A DNA stretch of 64,000 nucleotides from positions 1,678 to 65,677 of the forward strand of contig CAMVAF010000003.1 of the NCBI GenBank assembly GCA_947165365.1, written 5' to 3'. This stretch comes from an uncultured Clostridia bacterium (GTDB lineage: Bacteria > Bacillota_I > Bacilli_A > RF39 > UBA660). The notes below the pieces were generated by a model. That model ran no database searches, was not told the origin of the DNA, and saw only the letters and a list, made by a program, of their open reading frames with translations. How positions within the stretch are numbered: position 1 is the first letter of the stretch; each line of letters begins with the position of its first letter. Below are positions 1-9,849 of the stretch, in pieces. The position numbers were made by a program, and so were the translations under genes.

Positions 1-610
1 TCTTAGAATTTAATGTCATTTCAATATCTAATACCGTTTTTTCTAATTCACTCATTGGATAATAACTAACTGTTGTTGAAGTATCATTACAACGAAAGTG
101 ATTATTATGTCGCTCAATATCTTCTTTACTTACTACTTCATAGAATTTTTCTCTTTCGTTATTAGTTGTATTATCATTATTATAAACAACACCCGGTCCT
201 TCGTTATGATGAGTATTATCTACTATAACTAAATCCTTTTTTAAATCTAACATTGGAAATAATTCTTTAAAATAGTTCTTAATTGTATCAGATACTATTT
301 TCATATAATCAATTTTTTTATTTTTAAAACGATCAGTAAAACGTCCATTAATTAATATTCTAATTGGTGATGTCATTTCACCTCCACCAAATTTAACTTT
401 AGATCCACCACCTAAAATAGATAGTTTATCTATCATATGTCTTAATATTACACCATAATTTTCGAGACAATACTTTGAATATTCAGATGAAATCTTTTCT
501 GCTAATGTATCACATACATTATCTGGATGCCCTTTACCTTTAGTTTCAACTACTTCAAATTTAGTATCATTAATATCACTCTTTTTGTTTGTATAAATAA
601 ATATTTCCAC
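1..610 (-). CDS. archaeal-type S-adenosylmethionine synthetase (MAT, PF01941-like), N-terminal ~203 codons; 3' end off-window
   Basis: Absent from the ORF track because it runs off the edge. The minus-strand frame starts at GTG 610..608 behind the RBS AGAAAGAGGTG. Translation VEIFIYTNKK..VETKGKGHPDNVCDTLAEKIS..ILGGGSKVKFGGGEMTSPIRILINGR..CNDTSTTVSYYPMSELEK matches archaeal MAT motifs (ERKGLGHPDSICD / FGGGxMxSPIxILLSGRA / ANDTSFGVGYAP), not bacterial MetK. Confidence 0.8.
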   Translation of the reverse strand, partial: MEIFIYTNKKSDINDTKFEVVETKGKGHPDNVCDTLAEKISSEYSKYCLENYGVILRHMIDKLSILGGGSKVKFGGGEMTSPIRILINGRFTDRFKNKKIDYMKIVSDTIKNYFKELFPMLDLKKDLVIVDNTHHNEGPGVVYNNDNTTNNEREKFYEVVSKEDIERHNNHFRCNDTSTTVSYYPMSELEKTVLDIEMTLNSK

Positions 611-910
611 TATAACACCTCTTTCTTGATTTATATAATATCATGAAATATATGCAAACACAATAAAAAAATCTATTTATTTGCACTATATTTGATTACT
701 TTTACTAATAAAAAGAATAGTCAAAAAAATAATTTTGATACTATTCCATAAAGTATACTTTTATATTTGGTCATATATGATATTTTTGTAATTTGGACGA
801 ATAAAAGTCACAACTTTAAATCAGATATTTTAAGACCTATTTAGTACTACTTAGTCTTTTTAATTCATTACTAGTTAACAAAAAAGACCTAAAATAGACC
901 GAATTTCATA

Positions 911-1177
911 CTATGATACGAAGTAACAAACGTGGTTATTAGGAAACAATTCCTTAAACTCACTATAAAGTTGACCTGCAAGTGTATTATTATGCGCTAA
1001 TACCAAAGTAGGTTTATTAACTTTCCTAATAACATTAGCAATTGTAAAAGTTTTACCAGTTCCTGTTGCACCAAGAAGTACCTGATTCTTTTCTCCAAAT
1101 TTTATTCCATTTACTAATTTATTAATTGCTTCAGGTTGATCTCCGGAAGGCGTAAATTTACTAACTAGATTAAACAT
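911..1177 (-). pseudogene. uvrB: uvrB remnant (first 88 codons of excinuclease ABC subunit B only)
   Basis: The ORF reads [64 protein letters not shown], a typical UvrB N-terminus with Walker A. It stops exactly where UvrB continues YYDYYQPEAY. No UvrB-like frame is present in 611..910. Confidence 0.85.
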
Positions 1178-1283
1178 ATCACCCGCTCCATTTCGTTTAT
1201 TATTTTATCATTTAAATAAAACAAAAACAAGGTACTTATTATCTTTCCCTTGTTATATTATTTACTAAAATCTATTTAAATAT

Positions 1284-2450
1284 TTAATCATTTTTTAAAA
1301 CAATAAGTGGTATCATTAATTCTTCTTTTGTTAATCCCGTATGATTGCCTTTTGGAAATGAAGTATCTTCTTTATAATCACTATAAAAAGCATAACCTTT
1401 TTTACATAAACTTATATATTCACCTAATGAATCATTAGCATATTTTGTCATTTTTTTACCAAACATATTCCTTTTTATAAATTCTTCTTTTTTAAATAAA
1501 ATTAATTTATTATCAAAATCTTTATGAAATTCTTTTTCAAATTCTTTAATCATATCTTTTTTTACAAAGAAAGTACTTGTTCCCATATCAATAGATGGAT
1601 AAGCATAAAAATATTTATGATATTTATTTAAATCCATATAAACAACATTATTAATAGGAATTTGACCATGATCTGCTATAACTATTATTTCTGTATCGTC
1701 ATTTAATGGAAATAGTTTTTCAATATTTTTTTCTATTTTTTCTACCTCATCATAAACAAGTTTACTATATGGACCATTTTGATGCTCTAATGTATCAACA
1801 TATGGAATATAAAGATAAGTAAAAGTATCTTCTTTACTGTTCGTTTCTTTTTTTATTATATCCATTGCTTCATCATAATCACTATAACCTTTTCTAATAT
1901 TTGATGCAGCACAATAATTTGTATATTTACTATCAAGTAAATGATTAGGTTGTAAAACAGTTGTTTTTCTTTTTAACTCATTAAAAATACTAGGTCTTTT
2001 AAATATTTTTTTTAAATCAATATTTAAATCTTCCTTACTTTGTCTTTCTTTAGTTAAAAGAGTATAATAATTTAAACATAATTTTCGATTATATCCAAAC
2101 CAACCAAAAATTCCCGTGCTAGATGGATATTTGCTAGTTGCAACTGTTGTTAATACACATCCCGTAGCTGTTGGAAAAACCGTTTGTATATCCATTTTTT
2201 TATTATTATAGAATAATCCTTTATTATTCATATTATCTAATAAATCAGACCCCATGCCATCAACAAGAATTAATACAATATGCTTTTTATTTAAAACATA
2301 TTTCTTTAGTTCTTGCATGCTTTTTGTTTCTTTAAAATTCATACCAGAATAATTATAAATTAATCTAACTAAATCAACAATATTAGTTTTATCGTAATCA
2401 GGAATAACAAAACTTTCTTTATTAAATATTTTTTCAAAATTACTCACCAT
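1284..2450 (-). CDS. alkaline-phosphatase-superfamily protein (type I phosphodiesterase/nucleotide pyrophosphatase-like)
   Basis: 388-aa ORF with AP-superfamily motifs LVDGMGSD, FPTATGCVLTT and VIADHGQ. Confidence 0.6.
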   Translation of the reverse strand: MVSNFEKIFNKESFVIPDYDKTNIVDLVRLIYNYSGMNFKETKSMQELKKYVLNKKHIVLILVDGMGSDLLDNMNNKGLFYNNKKMDIQTVFPTATGCVLTTVATSKYPSSTGIFGWFGYNRKLCLNYYTLLTKERQSKEDLNIDLKKIFKRPSIFNELKRKTTVLQPNHLLDSKYTNYCAASNIRKGYSDYDEAMDIIKKETNSKEDTFTYLYIPYVDTLEHQNGPYSKLVYDEVEKIEKNIEKLFPLNDDTEIIVIADHGQIPINNVVYMDLNKYHKYFYAYPSIDMGTSTFFVKKDMIKEFEKEFHKDFDNKLILFKKEEFIKRNMFGKKMTKYANDSLGEYISLCKKGYAFYSDYKEDTSFPKGNHTGLTKEELMIPLIVLKND

Positions 2451-2466
2451 AATAACTCCTTTTTAT

Positions 2467-2706
2467 TTATTCTTTTTCTTTTACAATAGTTTTACCATTA
2501 GAAATAACAGTATCGATATTATAATCATTATCCATAATTATCATATCAGCATCATTATTAATTTTAATACTAACTTTTCGTAATAGTCATAATGCTTTAC
2601 ATAGATTAGTAGTAACAGAACTAATAGTATCGTTAACTAAATATTTTTTTTCGCATATTCAATATTTTAAAAGACCATGAATTATTGAATTATCGTTTTT
2701 TTTCAT
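2467..2706 (-). pseudogene. possible amidohydrolase (NagA-like) C-terminal remnant, broken by stops
   Basis: The minus strand reads MKKNDNSIIHGLLKY* .. LVNDTISSVTTNLCKAL* .. KVSIKINNDADMIIMDNDYNIDTVISNGKTIVKEKE*. The last piece resembles the C-terminal GxDADLVVxDxDxNVxxTIVxGKxV strand of amidohydrolases. Confidence 0.3.
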
Positions 2707-3038
2707 TCTATCACCAACAAAAAGCAACGTAAAGATAGTTAAGTTACTAAAAAAATAATAATACATTCAAAAATAAATCCTGATAAATACTATAACATTT
2801 AATCGGCAAATTTAACTTTTGATTTATATATTAACCATATTTGTACAAAATGTCAATATGACTTATTTTTTGCTTTTTATAATAAAATTCAACTATCTAA
2901 AAATAAGTCACCATTTTCTCATATAAGAATTATCTCAACGATTCATTATAAAAAATAAAATAATAATTTTATAAAAATATGTCAAAATTAATTATTAAAA
3001 CCATAAGTATGATAAACTATAAATGAGAGGTGAAATAT

Positions 3039-3341
3039 ATGAAATTCAAATTACAAAATCGTTGGTTTATTGATAATAATAAAATAAGTATGTCTTTAGT
3101 GAACTTTTACGTTGATATTAAAATATTAGTAGAAGATGGAGAGCTATGTTATAAACTACGGGTATTTGACGATAACAAAGTAGCCTTAACTTTTATTTTT
3201 GAAACATTGGAGAATACAATGACATTTGTAGAAGATGTGGTTAACAAAAATTATTCAACAACTTTATTGGATATAAAAAAAACATACGATGAACAATACG
3301 GTAAAAGTAAAATAATAATTAAAAACAGGTATAATAATTAG
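3039..3341 (+). CDS. hypothetical protein (100 aa)
   Basis: ORF-track frame. ATG at 3039 lies 5 nt after GAGAGGTGA, whereas the track begins at an upstream GTG at 3030. No recognisable motif. Confidence 0.5.
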   Translation: MKFKLQNRWFIDNNKISMSLVNFYVDIKILVEDGELCYKLRVFDDNKVALTFIFETLENTMTFVEDVVNKNYSTTLLDIKKTYDEQYGKSKIIIKNRYNN

Positions 3342-3430
3342 AAAAAATGGAATTATCTATTAAATTATCCACGTAGTTACACCCTTATATCATCACCTAA
3401 CTGATTAATAACTATAATATATTATAAAAA

Positions 3431-3466
3431 TGAATACTCCCCGTAGCTTGCTGTGGGGAGTATTCA
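3431..3466 (-). terminator. rho-independent terminator between convergent genes
   Basis: 12-bp stem TGAATACTCCCC/GGGGAGTATTCA with a 12-nt loop. On the minus strand it is followed by a U-run (UUUUUAUAAU), directly after the stop of 3478..5709. Confidence 0.75.
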
Positions 3467-3477
3467 TTAATCAATAA

Positions 3478-5709
3478 CTATTTACATCTATTTGAAACAT
3501 TTTTTCCTAATCCACCACCAGAGATAGTTGCCTTGGTATTAGTGAAATCAACAACAATAGCACCTGAAGAAGAATTTTCAGTATAGTAAGCATTACACAT
3601 ATTTAATCCCATGTTTTTAAAACAAGAATCATATGTTTTACCATTTTTATATTTTATACTATCATTAGTTATTCGGTAACTATTATCAGAAAATTTATCA
3701 TCAATATTCTCCGTAACTATATAATATTTTGAAGATACTTTCAATGGTTTTAACCCTGTACAATTAAAATTACCATGATGAGGAATTTTATAAACATCCA
3801 ACGTTTGACCATTTTTATATGCAACATCTGCTTTATATTTAATAATATAATTTAAAATATCATAATTATTTATATCACCAGTTAACAAAGCATTATGACC
3901 ATTTACACGAACCAAGTTAACAAGAGAATTTAAATTTTCTCCTGATCCACGATAATCATTTGATGTAAAATAATTAAATGCGTTACTATTAGAATAATTA
4001 ACAATTCTTTGAGTGGTATTGAAGAAATGGATATTCATATTACCTCCTAATTTTACCACTCCACTTTTATTAGCACTTTCTACAAAATCTGAACTACTAT
4101 CAACATATGTAATACCAACTTTTTTCTCTTTAATTTTATTTATTATCGAATCATAACGTTGCTTTGTCGTACTTATAGTTTCTGATTCATGTGCAAGGTC
4201 AGCTTCAGCATCTTTATTAGTATATTTCTTCATATAAACTCTTCCTATTTTATAATTATTTAATAAGTTAACCATATTACCATTATGATCAACATGTGGA
4301 TGTGATATTATAATAAAATCTAATCCTTGACTATTAATATCATATTTATTTAAATAATTTTTTAAAGCCGTCCATCCAGCAGTTTTTCCAGTATCTACTA
4401 AAGCAAAATTACCATTAGATTCCAAAAGTATTGCATCACCATTTGAATTTGTATTTAAATCAATAAAATGCAATCTATAACCCTTAATTGATATTGTTAC
4501 AGTTTTTTCTAAATTATCACTTGATGCTTTAAAAATTACTGTACCTGTTCTTAAAGTTTTTATATTACCATTATTATCAATAGTAGCAATTTTATTATTA
4601 CTACTTGTATATGTTATCTTACTACCTGTATTATTGGTTCCCGTAACTTTTAAAGTTTCTCCCAAAATAATAGTTGTCTTAGGAACAGACACTGAAAGAG
4701 TTGGCGTTATAGTTGCTGTACCAGTTTCTTTATTATTAATAATAATATTTGCAGAAGCTACTTTATTATTATTTGTTTTTGCTGTTATTGTTACAACCCC
4801 TGCTTTTAAACCTTTTACTACACCATTATTATCTACCATAGCAATATCTTGATTACTACTTGACCATATTACATTTTTATTAGTAGCATTACTTGGACTA
4901 ATATTAGCTATTAAATTTACTGTTTCTCCAACATTAATTGTTTTATTTGTTATATTTAAACTTATCCCTGATACCATTATTTCATTTTGAACTTTTGGAC
5001 TCGGTGTTATATTATTCTTTATTACATCTATATTTACACTTCCAACTTTCCCATTTTTCGTTTTTCCTGTTATTATTACTTTTCCTTCTTTTATTCCTTT
5101 TATTATTCCATTTGATACTGTTGCTACTCGATTATCACTACTTGTCCATTCTATATTTTGATTTGTTGTGTTTGATGGATTAAAAACCACTGTTAAAATT
5201 GCACTTTCTCCTATATTTATCTTTAAATAACTTGGCTTTATACTTATGCTTTGTGCTTCAATTATTTGATTTTTATCAGTAACTACTGGTGTTGGGGTTA
5301 TTGTTTCTTTGATATTCGGCGTTGGTGTTAATTGATTATTTTTTGGAGTTGTTTGGGGACTATTTTCAGTTGGTGTTGGAGAGATATCATCATTTGTTTT
5401 AACTATTACTTTATATTCATTTTCTATTTTACCATTCACATATAAACTAATAATCGTTTCTCCCTCACTAATTCCTTTTACCACTCCATTATCTACTGTT
5501 GCTATTTCTTCATTTTTACTTTCCCAAAGAATAAAACCATTTTCGATATTACTTTCTAACTTTTTACTTTCTCCAACAGTTAAATTCTCTACTAAAAGAT
5601 TATTTTTATTAGTATGTACATTCATCTTAATAACAAAAAATAATGAAACTACAATTGCTATTATTAAAAATATAGCAGGAAAAACACTTCCCTTTATTTT
5701 ATCAATCAT
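3478..5709 (-). CDS. membrane-anchored surface protein: Big_2 (bacterial Ig-like) repeats plus C-terminal metallo-beta-lactamase-fold domain
   Basis: N-terminal TM (VFPAIFLIIAIVVSLFFVI). Repeated ~80-aa units have a GxxxxLxxxxxPxNATNxxxxWxSSNxxxAxVxxxGxxxGxxxGxxxIT pattern. MBL motif IIISHPHVDHNGN. RBS AGAGGTGA. Confidence 0.7.
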   Translation of the reverse strand: MIDKIKGSVFPAIFLIIAIVVSLFFVIKMNVHTNKNNLLVENLTVGESKKLESNIENGFILWESKNEEIATVDNGVVKGISEGETIISLYVNGKIENEYKVIVKTNDDISPTPTENSPQTTPKNNQLTPTPNIKETITPTPVVTDKNQIIEAQSISIKPSYLKINIGESAILTVVFNPSNTTNQNIEWTSSDNRVATVSNGIIKGIKEGKVIITGKTKNGKVGSVNIDVIKNNITPSPKVQNEIMVSGISLNITNKTINVGETVNLIANISPSNATNKNVIWSSSNQDIAMVDNNGVVKGLKAGVVTITAKTNNNKVASANIIINNKETGTATITPTLSVSVPKTTIILGETLKVTGTNNTGSKITYTSSNNKIATIDNNGNIKTLRTGTVIFKASSDNLEKTVTISIKGYRLHFIDLNTNSNGDAILLESNGNFALVDTGKTAGWTALKNYLNKYDINSQGLDFIIISHPHVDHNGNMVNLLNNYKIGRVYMKKYTNKDAEADLAHESETISTTKQRYDSIINKIKEKKVGITYVDSSSDFVESANKSGVVKLGGNMNIHFFNTTQRIVNYSNSNAFNYFTSNDYRGSGENLNSLVNLVRVNGHNALLTGDINNYDILNYIIKYKADVAYKNGQTLDVYKIPHHGNFNCTGLKPLKVSSKYYIVTENIDDKFSDNSYRITNDSIKYKNGKTYDSCFKNMGLNMCNAYYTENSSSGAIVVDFTNTKATISGGGLGKNVSNRCK

Positions 5710-5859
5710 CTCATCACCTCTATGATAAATAAATTATAACACACCCTATAGAAAAAAAACAATTACAAAGCTAAATTTAATATTCATTTAATAAAACTTA
5801 ATTAAAATAACTATGTTAATTGATTTTATTAACAAATACATTTATGAAAGGAAGATGTT

Positions 5860-7506
5860 ATGTATATTTTAAAAAATGCTATTACAAGTATCAAAAGAAA
5901 TAAAGGAAGGAATATTTTAATAGGAATAATTATTATTGTAATTTCAGCTGCTTCTGCCATAACTCTAGCTATAAGAGAAAGTGCAACTAAAATAGTTACT
6001 GCTTATGAAAATAAGAATCCCTTAACAGCAACAATTGGAATGAATCGAGAAAACCTAATGAAAAATCTAAGAGATGGTAACAAATCTCAAGAAGAAATGA
6101 TTAATGCTTTTAATGAAATTGAAAGTATTACCGAAGATCAAATTAAAGAATATGGACATAGTTCTAATTTAAAAAGTTACTATTATACTTATGAATTATC
6201 CGTAGATGCTAAGGATATTAAAGAAGCAACTGATAGTTTAGTTAAAGAAACCACAACTACGAAAACAGAAACTACAACGACCACAAGAAAAACACCAAGT
6301 GGAAATTCAAATGGTGGAAGAATGCCACCAGGAGGATTTGGTGGATCAACTTCAACTACCAGAAGAAAAACAACTACAACAAAAACCGAAAAAATCTTTA
6401 ATGAAAAAGCCCAAGATGGAGCCTTTACACTAATAGGATATAATTCATATGAAGATATGAAAGACTTTATTAATGGAAATTACCAAATAACTTCTGGAGA
6501 AGTATCCAGTGATTTTACAAGTAATACCTGTGTTATTAGCGAAGAATTAGCAACTCTTAATAATTTATCGGTAGGAAGTACTATAACAATCATTGATCCT
6601 AAAACGACTTCAAATACTTATACTCTAGAGATTACAGGAATTTATAAAGAAAACACTGATTCATCACAAAATATGAGTACCATGTTTACAAGTTCTGCTA
6701 ATAATATTATTACAAACACTACATTTATTAAAACAATTTTAGAGAAAAATAGTAATATAAAGCCAACAATCACCCCTACTTTTATTTTAAATGATAAAGA
6801 TAGTATTGAAAACTTTACCAATGAAGTAAATGAAAAAGGATTAAGTGAATATTATAAGATTACCACTAATTTACAGGATATTGAATCAGCTACAGAATCT
6901 GTTAATAATGTAAAAACTTTCGCTACAACCTTTCTTATAATAACTTTAATTATTGGTGGTGTTGTCTTAATAGTTATTAATATGATTAATATCAGAGAAA
7001 GAAAATATGAAATAGGTGTATTAAGAACTATTGGTATGAAAAAAAGTAAAGTATCTATCCAGTTTATGTTAGAATTACTTATTGTTACCCTATTTGGATT
7101 ACTAATTGGAGCTGGAATTGGTTCTATAACTTCTGTTCCTATCGCTAATTCCTTAATGGCGAATGAAATAGAAACTGCTAATAGTAAATATGATAATATT
7201 GAAAAAAACTTTGGATTAAATAATCGAAAAGAAAATCAAACGACCACTGAAGAAAAACAAAATACTGAAGAATCTAATAAAACTGTTGAAGAAGAAAAAG
7301 AAACAAAAGAACCTGTTAATATGAAAGATTATCAATTTGGTATTGCTAAAGTCAATGAAATAGAAAGTATTGATGCTATTGTTGATTTTAATGTTCTAAT
7401 TAAACTACTTGGAATAGGAATTATCTTAACACTAATTTCATCCCTTGCTAGTATGATAGCAATTGCCAGATTTTCACCATTAACAATATTAAAGGAGAGA
7501 AGCTAA
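5860..7506 (+). CDS. ABC transporter permease, FtsX/MacB-type
   Basis: N-terminal TM, a large extracytoplasmic region with a Thr-rich low-complexity stretch, and a C-terminal FtsX-like 3-TM bundle (ERKYEIGVLRTIGMKK..). The stop overlaps the start of the ATPase gene. Confidence 0.75.
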   Translation: MYILKNAITSIKRNKGRNILIGIIIIVISAASAITLAIRESATKIVTAYENKNPLTATIGMNRENLMKNLRDGNKSQEEMINAFNEIESITEDQIKEYGHSSNLKSYYYTYELSVDAKDIKEATDSLVKETTTTKTETTTTTRKTPSGNSNGGRMPPGGFGGSTSTTRRKTTTTKTEKIFNEKAQDGAFTLIGYNSYEDMKDFINGNYQITSGEVSSDFTSNTCVISEELATLNNLSVGSTITIIDPKTTSNTYTLEITGIYKENTDSSQNMSTMFTSSANNIITNTTFIKTILEKNSNIKPTITPTFILNDKDSIENFTNEVNEKGLSEYYKITTNLQDIESATESVNNVKTFATTFLIITLIIGGVVLIVINMINIRERKYEIGVLRTIGMKKSKVSIQFMLELLIVTLFGLLIGAGIGSITSVPIANSLMANEIETANSKYDNIEKNFGLNNRKENQTTTEEKQNTEESNKTVEEEKETKEPVNMKDYQFGIAKVNEIESIDAIVDFNVLIKLLGIGIILTLISSLASMIAIARFSPLTILKERS

Positions 7507-8168
7507 TGGAAAATATTTTAAAAGTATCTAATGTTAGTTATCGATATAAAGATGCTAATAAAGATGATTATGTATTAAAAAATATTAATTATAATTTTCA
7601 AAAAGGAAAAGTTTATGCCATTAAAGGAAAAAGTGGTAGTGGAAAAACAACCCTACTATCCCTAATTAGTGGTCTTGAAAAAAAATATGAAGGAGAAATT
7701 TTTTATAAAGATAAAAATCTAAAAAAAATAGATTTGGATAATTATCGTAATCATGATATTGGAATAGTCTTTCAAAGTTATAACCTCCTACCTCATCTTA
7801 CTGCTTCAGAAAACATTATTTTATCCATGGATATCAGTAAAATCAAAGAAAAAAACAAAAAAGAACTAGCTATTAAATTAATGGAAAAAGTAGGACTAAA
7901 TAAAAATCAAAGTTCAAGAAGAGTATTAAAATTATCCGGTGGTGAACAACAAAGAGTAGCTATTGCTAGAAGCCTTTCTTATAATCCAGAAATTATTATT
8001 GCTGATGAACCAACAGGTAATCTAGATAAAGAAACAGAAACCGAAATATTAAATATTTTTAATGATCTAGCTCATAAAGATGATAAATGTATAATTATTG
8101 TTACTCACTCCCAAAATGTATGTGATAGATCAGATTATGTTTATGAACTAAAGAAAAATGAGACTTAA
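7506..8168 (+). CDS. ABC transporter ATP-binding protein
   Basis: Walker A GKSGSGKTT, ABC signature LSGGEQQR, Walker B IIIADEPT. Confidence 0.9.
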   Translation: MENILKVSNVSYRYKDANKDDYVLKNINYNFQKGKVYAIKGKSGSGKTTLLSLISGLEKKYEGEIFYKDKNLKKIDLDNYRNHDIGIVFQSYNLLPHLTASENIILSMDISKIKEKNKKELAIKLMEKVGLNKNQSSRRVLKLSGGEQQRVAIARSLSYNPEIIIADEPTGNLDKETETEILNIFNDLAHKDDKCIIIVTHSQNVCDRSDYVYELKKNET

Positions 8169-8177
8169 AATCTCATT

Positions 8178-8969
8178 TTATTTTTTATAAATATATATTA
8201 CATCAAATGATAAACAACCAATAATTTCTAAAACAATCATTATCAAAATAACTTTTCTTATTTTTTCATTACATAATAATATATCTCTTGTTATACTACT
8301 TAATTTACTATTATATCTTCCAAGATAATTATTAATATTTACTAGATATCTATCATTATTTTTATTATTATCCCCTCTTGTAATAAAAGAAATATTTTCA
8401 TTATCATTAACAATTTCAATAACCCGATGAATACTTAAATATTTAAAATTATCTAAATCATTTCCTGTTTCATATTTAAATAAAATTAAATCACTTTCTT
8501 TAATATCATTAATATCTACCTTATCATAAAGAATAGCATCTCCTGTAGTAAACAATGGACTCATACTATCACTTTGAATTATCACTATTCCATAATCTTT
8601 GTGATTTTCATATTTCTTTGGAATAATATATCCTTGATATAAAACATAGAACAAAATAATTAAAAAGATATTTACAATCAATAAAAATAAATATTTCCAT
8701 TTTTTGATAATATTATCTTTTTTATCAATAATATTAATAATTGCTTTATCTTCATCATGAATTATATCACCTGTCAATAATTTTAAAACTGATACATTAA
8801 GTTCTTTTGATAATGGTATTAATAAAGAAATATCAGGAGCACCTCTTCCATTTTCCCACTTTGATATTGCTCTATCTGTTACCCCTATTTTTTCTGCTAA
8901 TTCACTTTGTGTCAATCCTCTTTCATTTCTAATTTTCTTAATTAATTTTCCTACTTTTTCTTGATTCAT
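8178..8969 (-). CDS. XRE-type HTH domain fused through a TM helix to a SipW/Sec11-type (S26B) signal peptidase domain
   Basis: N-terminus LTQSELAEKIGVTDRAISKWENGRGAPDISLL (HTH_3), then TM YLFLLIVNIFLIILFYVLY. Peptidase motifs are SDSMSP (Ser), HRV (His) and RGDNN. A second TM lies at the C-terminus. Confidence 0.65.
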   Translation of the reverse strand: MNQEKVGKLIKKIRNERGLTQSELAEKIGVTDRAISKWENGRGAPDISLLIPLSKELNVSVLKLLTGDIIHDEDKAIINIIDKKDNIIKKWKYLFLLIVNIFLIILFYVLYQGYIIPKKYENHKDYGIVIIQSDSMSPLFTTGDAILYDKVDINDIKESDLILFKYETGNDLDNFKYLSIHRVIEIVNDNENISFITRGDNNKNNDRYLVNINNYLGRYNSKLSSITRDILLCNEKIRKVILIMIVLEIIGCLSFDVIYIYKK

Positions 8970-9043
8970 TCTTCCTCCTTTATCTTCATATTAATATAAT
9001 AATAAAAATAAAACAACAAACGAATCGTAGAATTAAGAATATT

Positions 9044-9778
9044 TTATTTTGTTTTTACATAGGAAACATTTCCATATGTCCTTTTATCACTTACTTCATG
9101 ATAACTTGAACTAATAAATTCATATAAAGATTTAGGACTACATTCATGTCCATTAATTAAATTATTATATTCATCATCAGTTAATGAGTATAAACCAACC
9201 GCAATTTCTTTTTTACCATCACATTCTATTAAAGAAGGATTTTCTATATCAAAAATAAGATGCTTTGTAGGATCATTACACATTTCTTTATTTAACATAA
9301 CAAAAGCATGAGACTCATTTTGAAAATCTTCTGATGTAAGATATGATAAAACTAAGGATGGTTTTCTCGTTATATAATTCATCTCATACATTTTTTTTAA
9401 AATTATATAAGCAGCAATTGATTTTTCACTACACTTAGCAATATTTTTTCCTTTTAAAGAAGATAACTTTGTCCCAATAATCATTCCCTCTTCATCAGTA
9501 ACATAATTACTAAAATAAGTTTCTTCTCTTGATTTATTATTTTCATTTTTTGAATAAAAATAATTATATACATCATTATAAATCATCGTAATGAGAGAAA
9601 TAAGATTCTTATTATCTTTTAATTTCTCACTAAACATATTCATATCATTTATAAACTCTTTATCAATAATAATTGTTCCAAAACCAACAATGGTATTTTC
9701 AAAAATACAATTTTCACCAATAGTTTGATTAACTATTGTAGGAATATTGTTCAAACTTTTTTCTATTTTATTAATCAC
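9044..9778 (-). CDS. hypothetical protein (possible transglutaminase-like Cys/His fold)
   Basis: The track ORF starts at 9805 without an RBS. GTG at 9778 sits 6 nt after GGAGG. ..AKCSEKSIAAYIILKK..(35 aa)..ESHAFVML is reminiscent of a transglutaminase-core Cys..His arrangement, but this is a weak match. Confidence 0.45.
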   Translation of the reverse strand: MINKIEKSLNNIPTIVNQTIGENCIFENTIVGFGTIIIDKEFINDMNMFSEKLKDNKNLISLITMIYNDVYNYFYSKNENNKSREETYFSNYVTDEEGMIIGTKLSSLKGKNIAKCSEKSIAAYIILKKMYEMNYITRKPSLVLSYLTSEDFQNESHAFVMLNKEMCNDPTKHLIFDIENPSLIECDGKKEIAVGLYSLTDDEYNNLINGHECSPKSLYEFISSSYHEVSDKRTYGNVSYVKTK

Positions 9779-9849
9779 TATAATCCTCCAAGATAATAAC
9801 ATCATACCAAAAATAAAATAAATTTACAATCATTAAAAAAAATCTAAAA

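Noticed and set aside
4634-5183. Two plus-strand ORFs (72 and 81 aa) inside the Big_2/MBL gene
   Set aside because: They are antisense to a well-supported 743-aa CDS. Their translations are low-complexity Leu/Phe/Val strings typical of shadow frames in AT-rich DNA, and they have no RBS.
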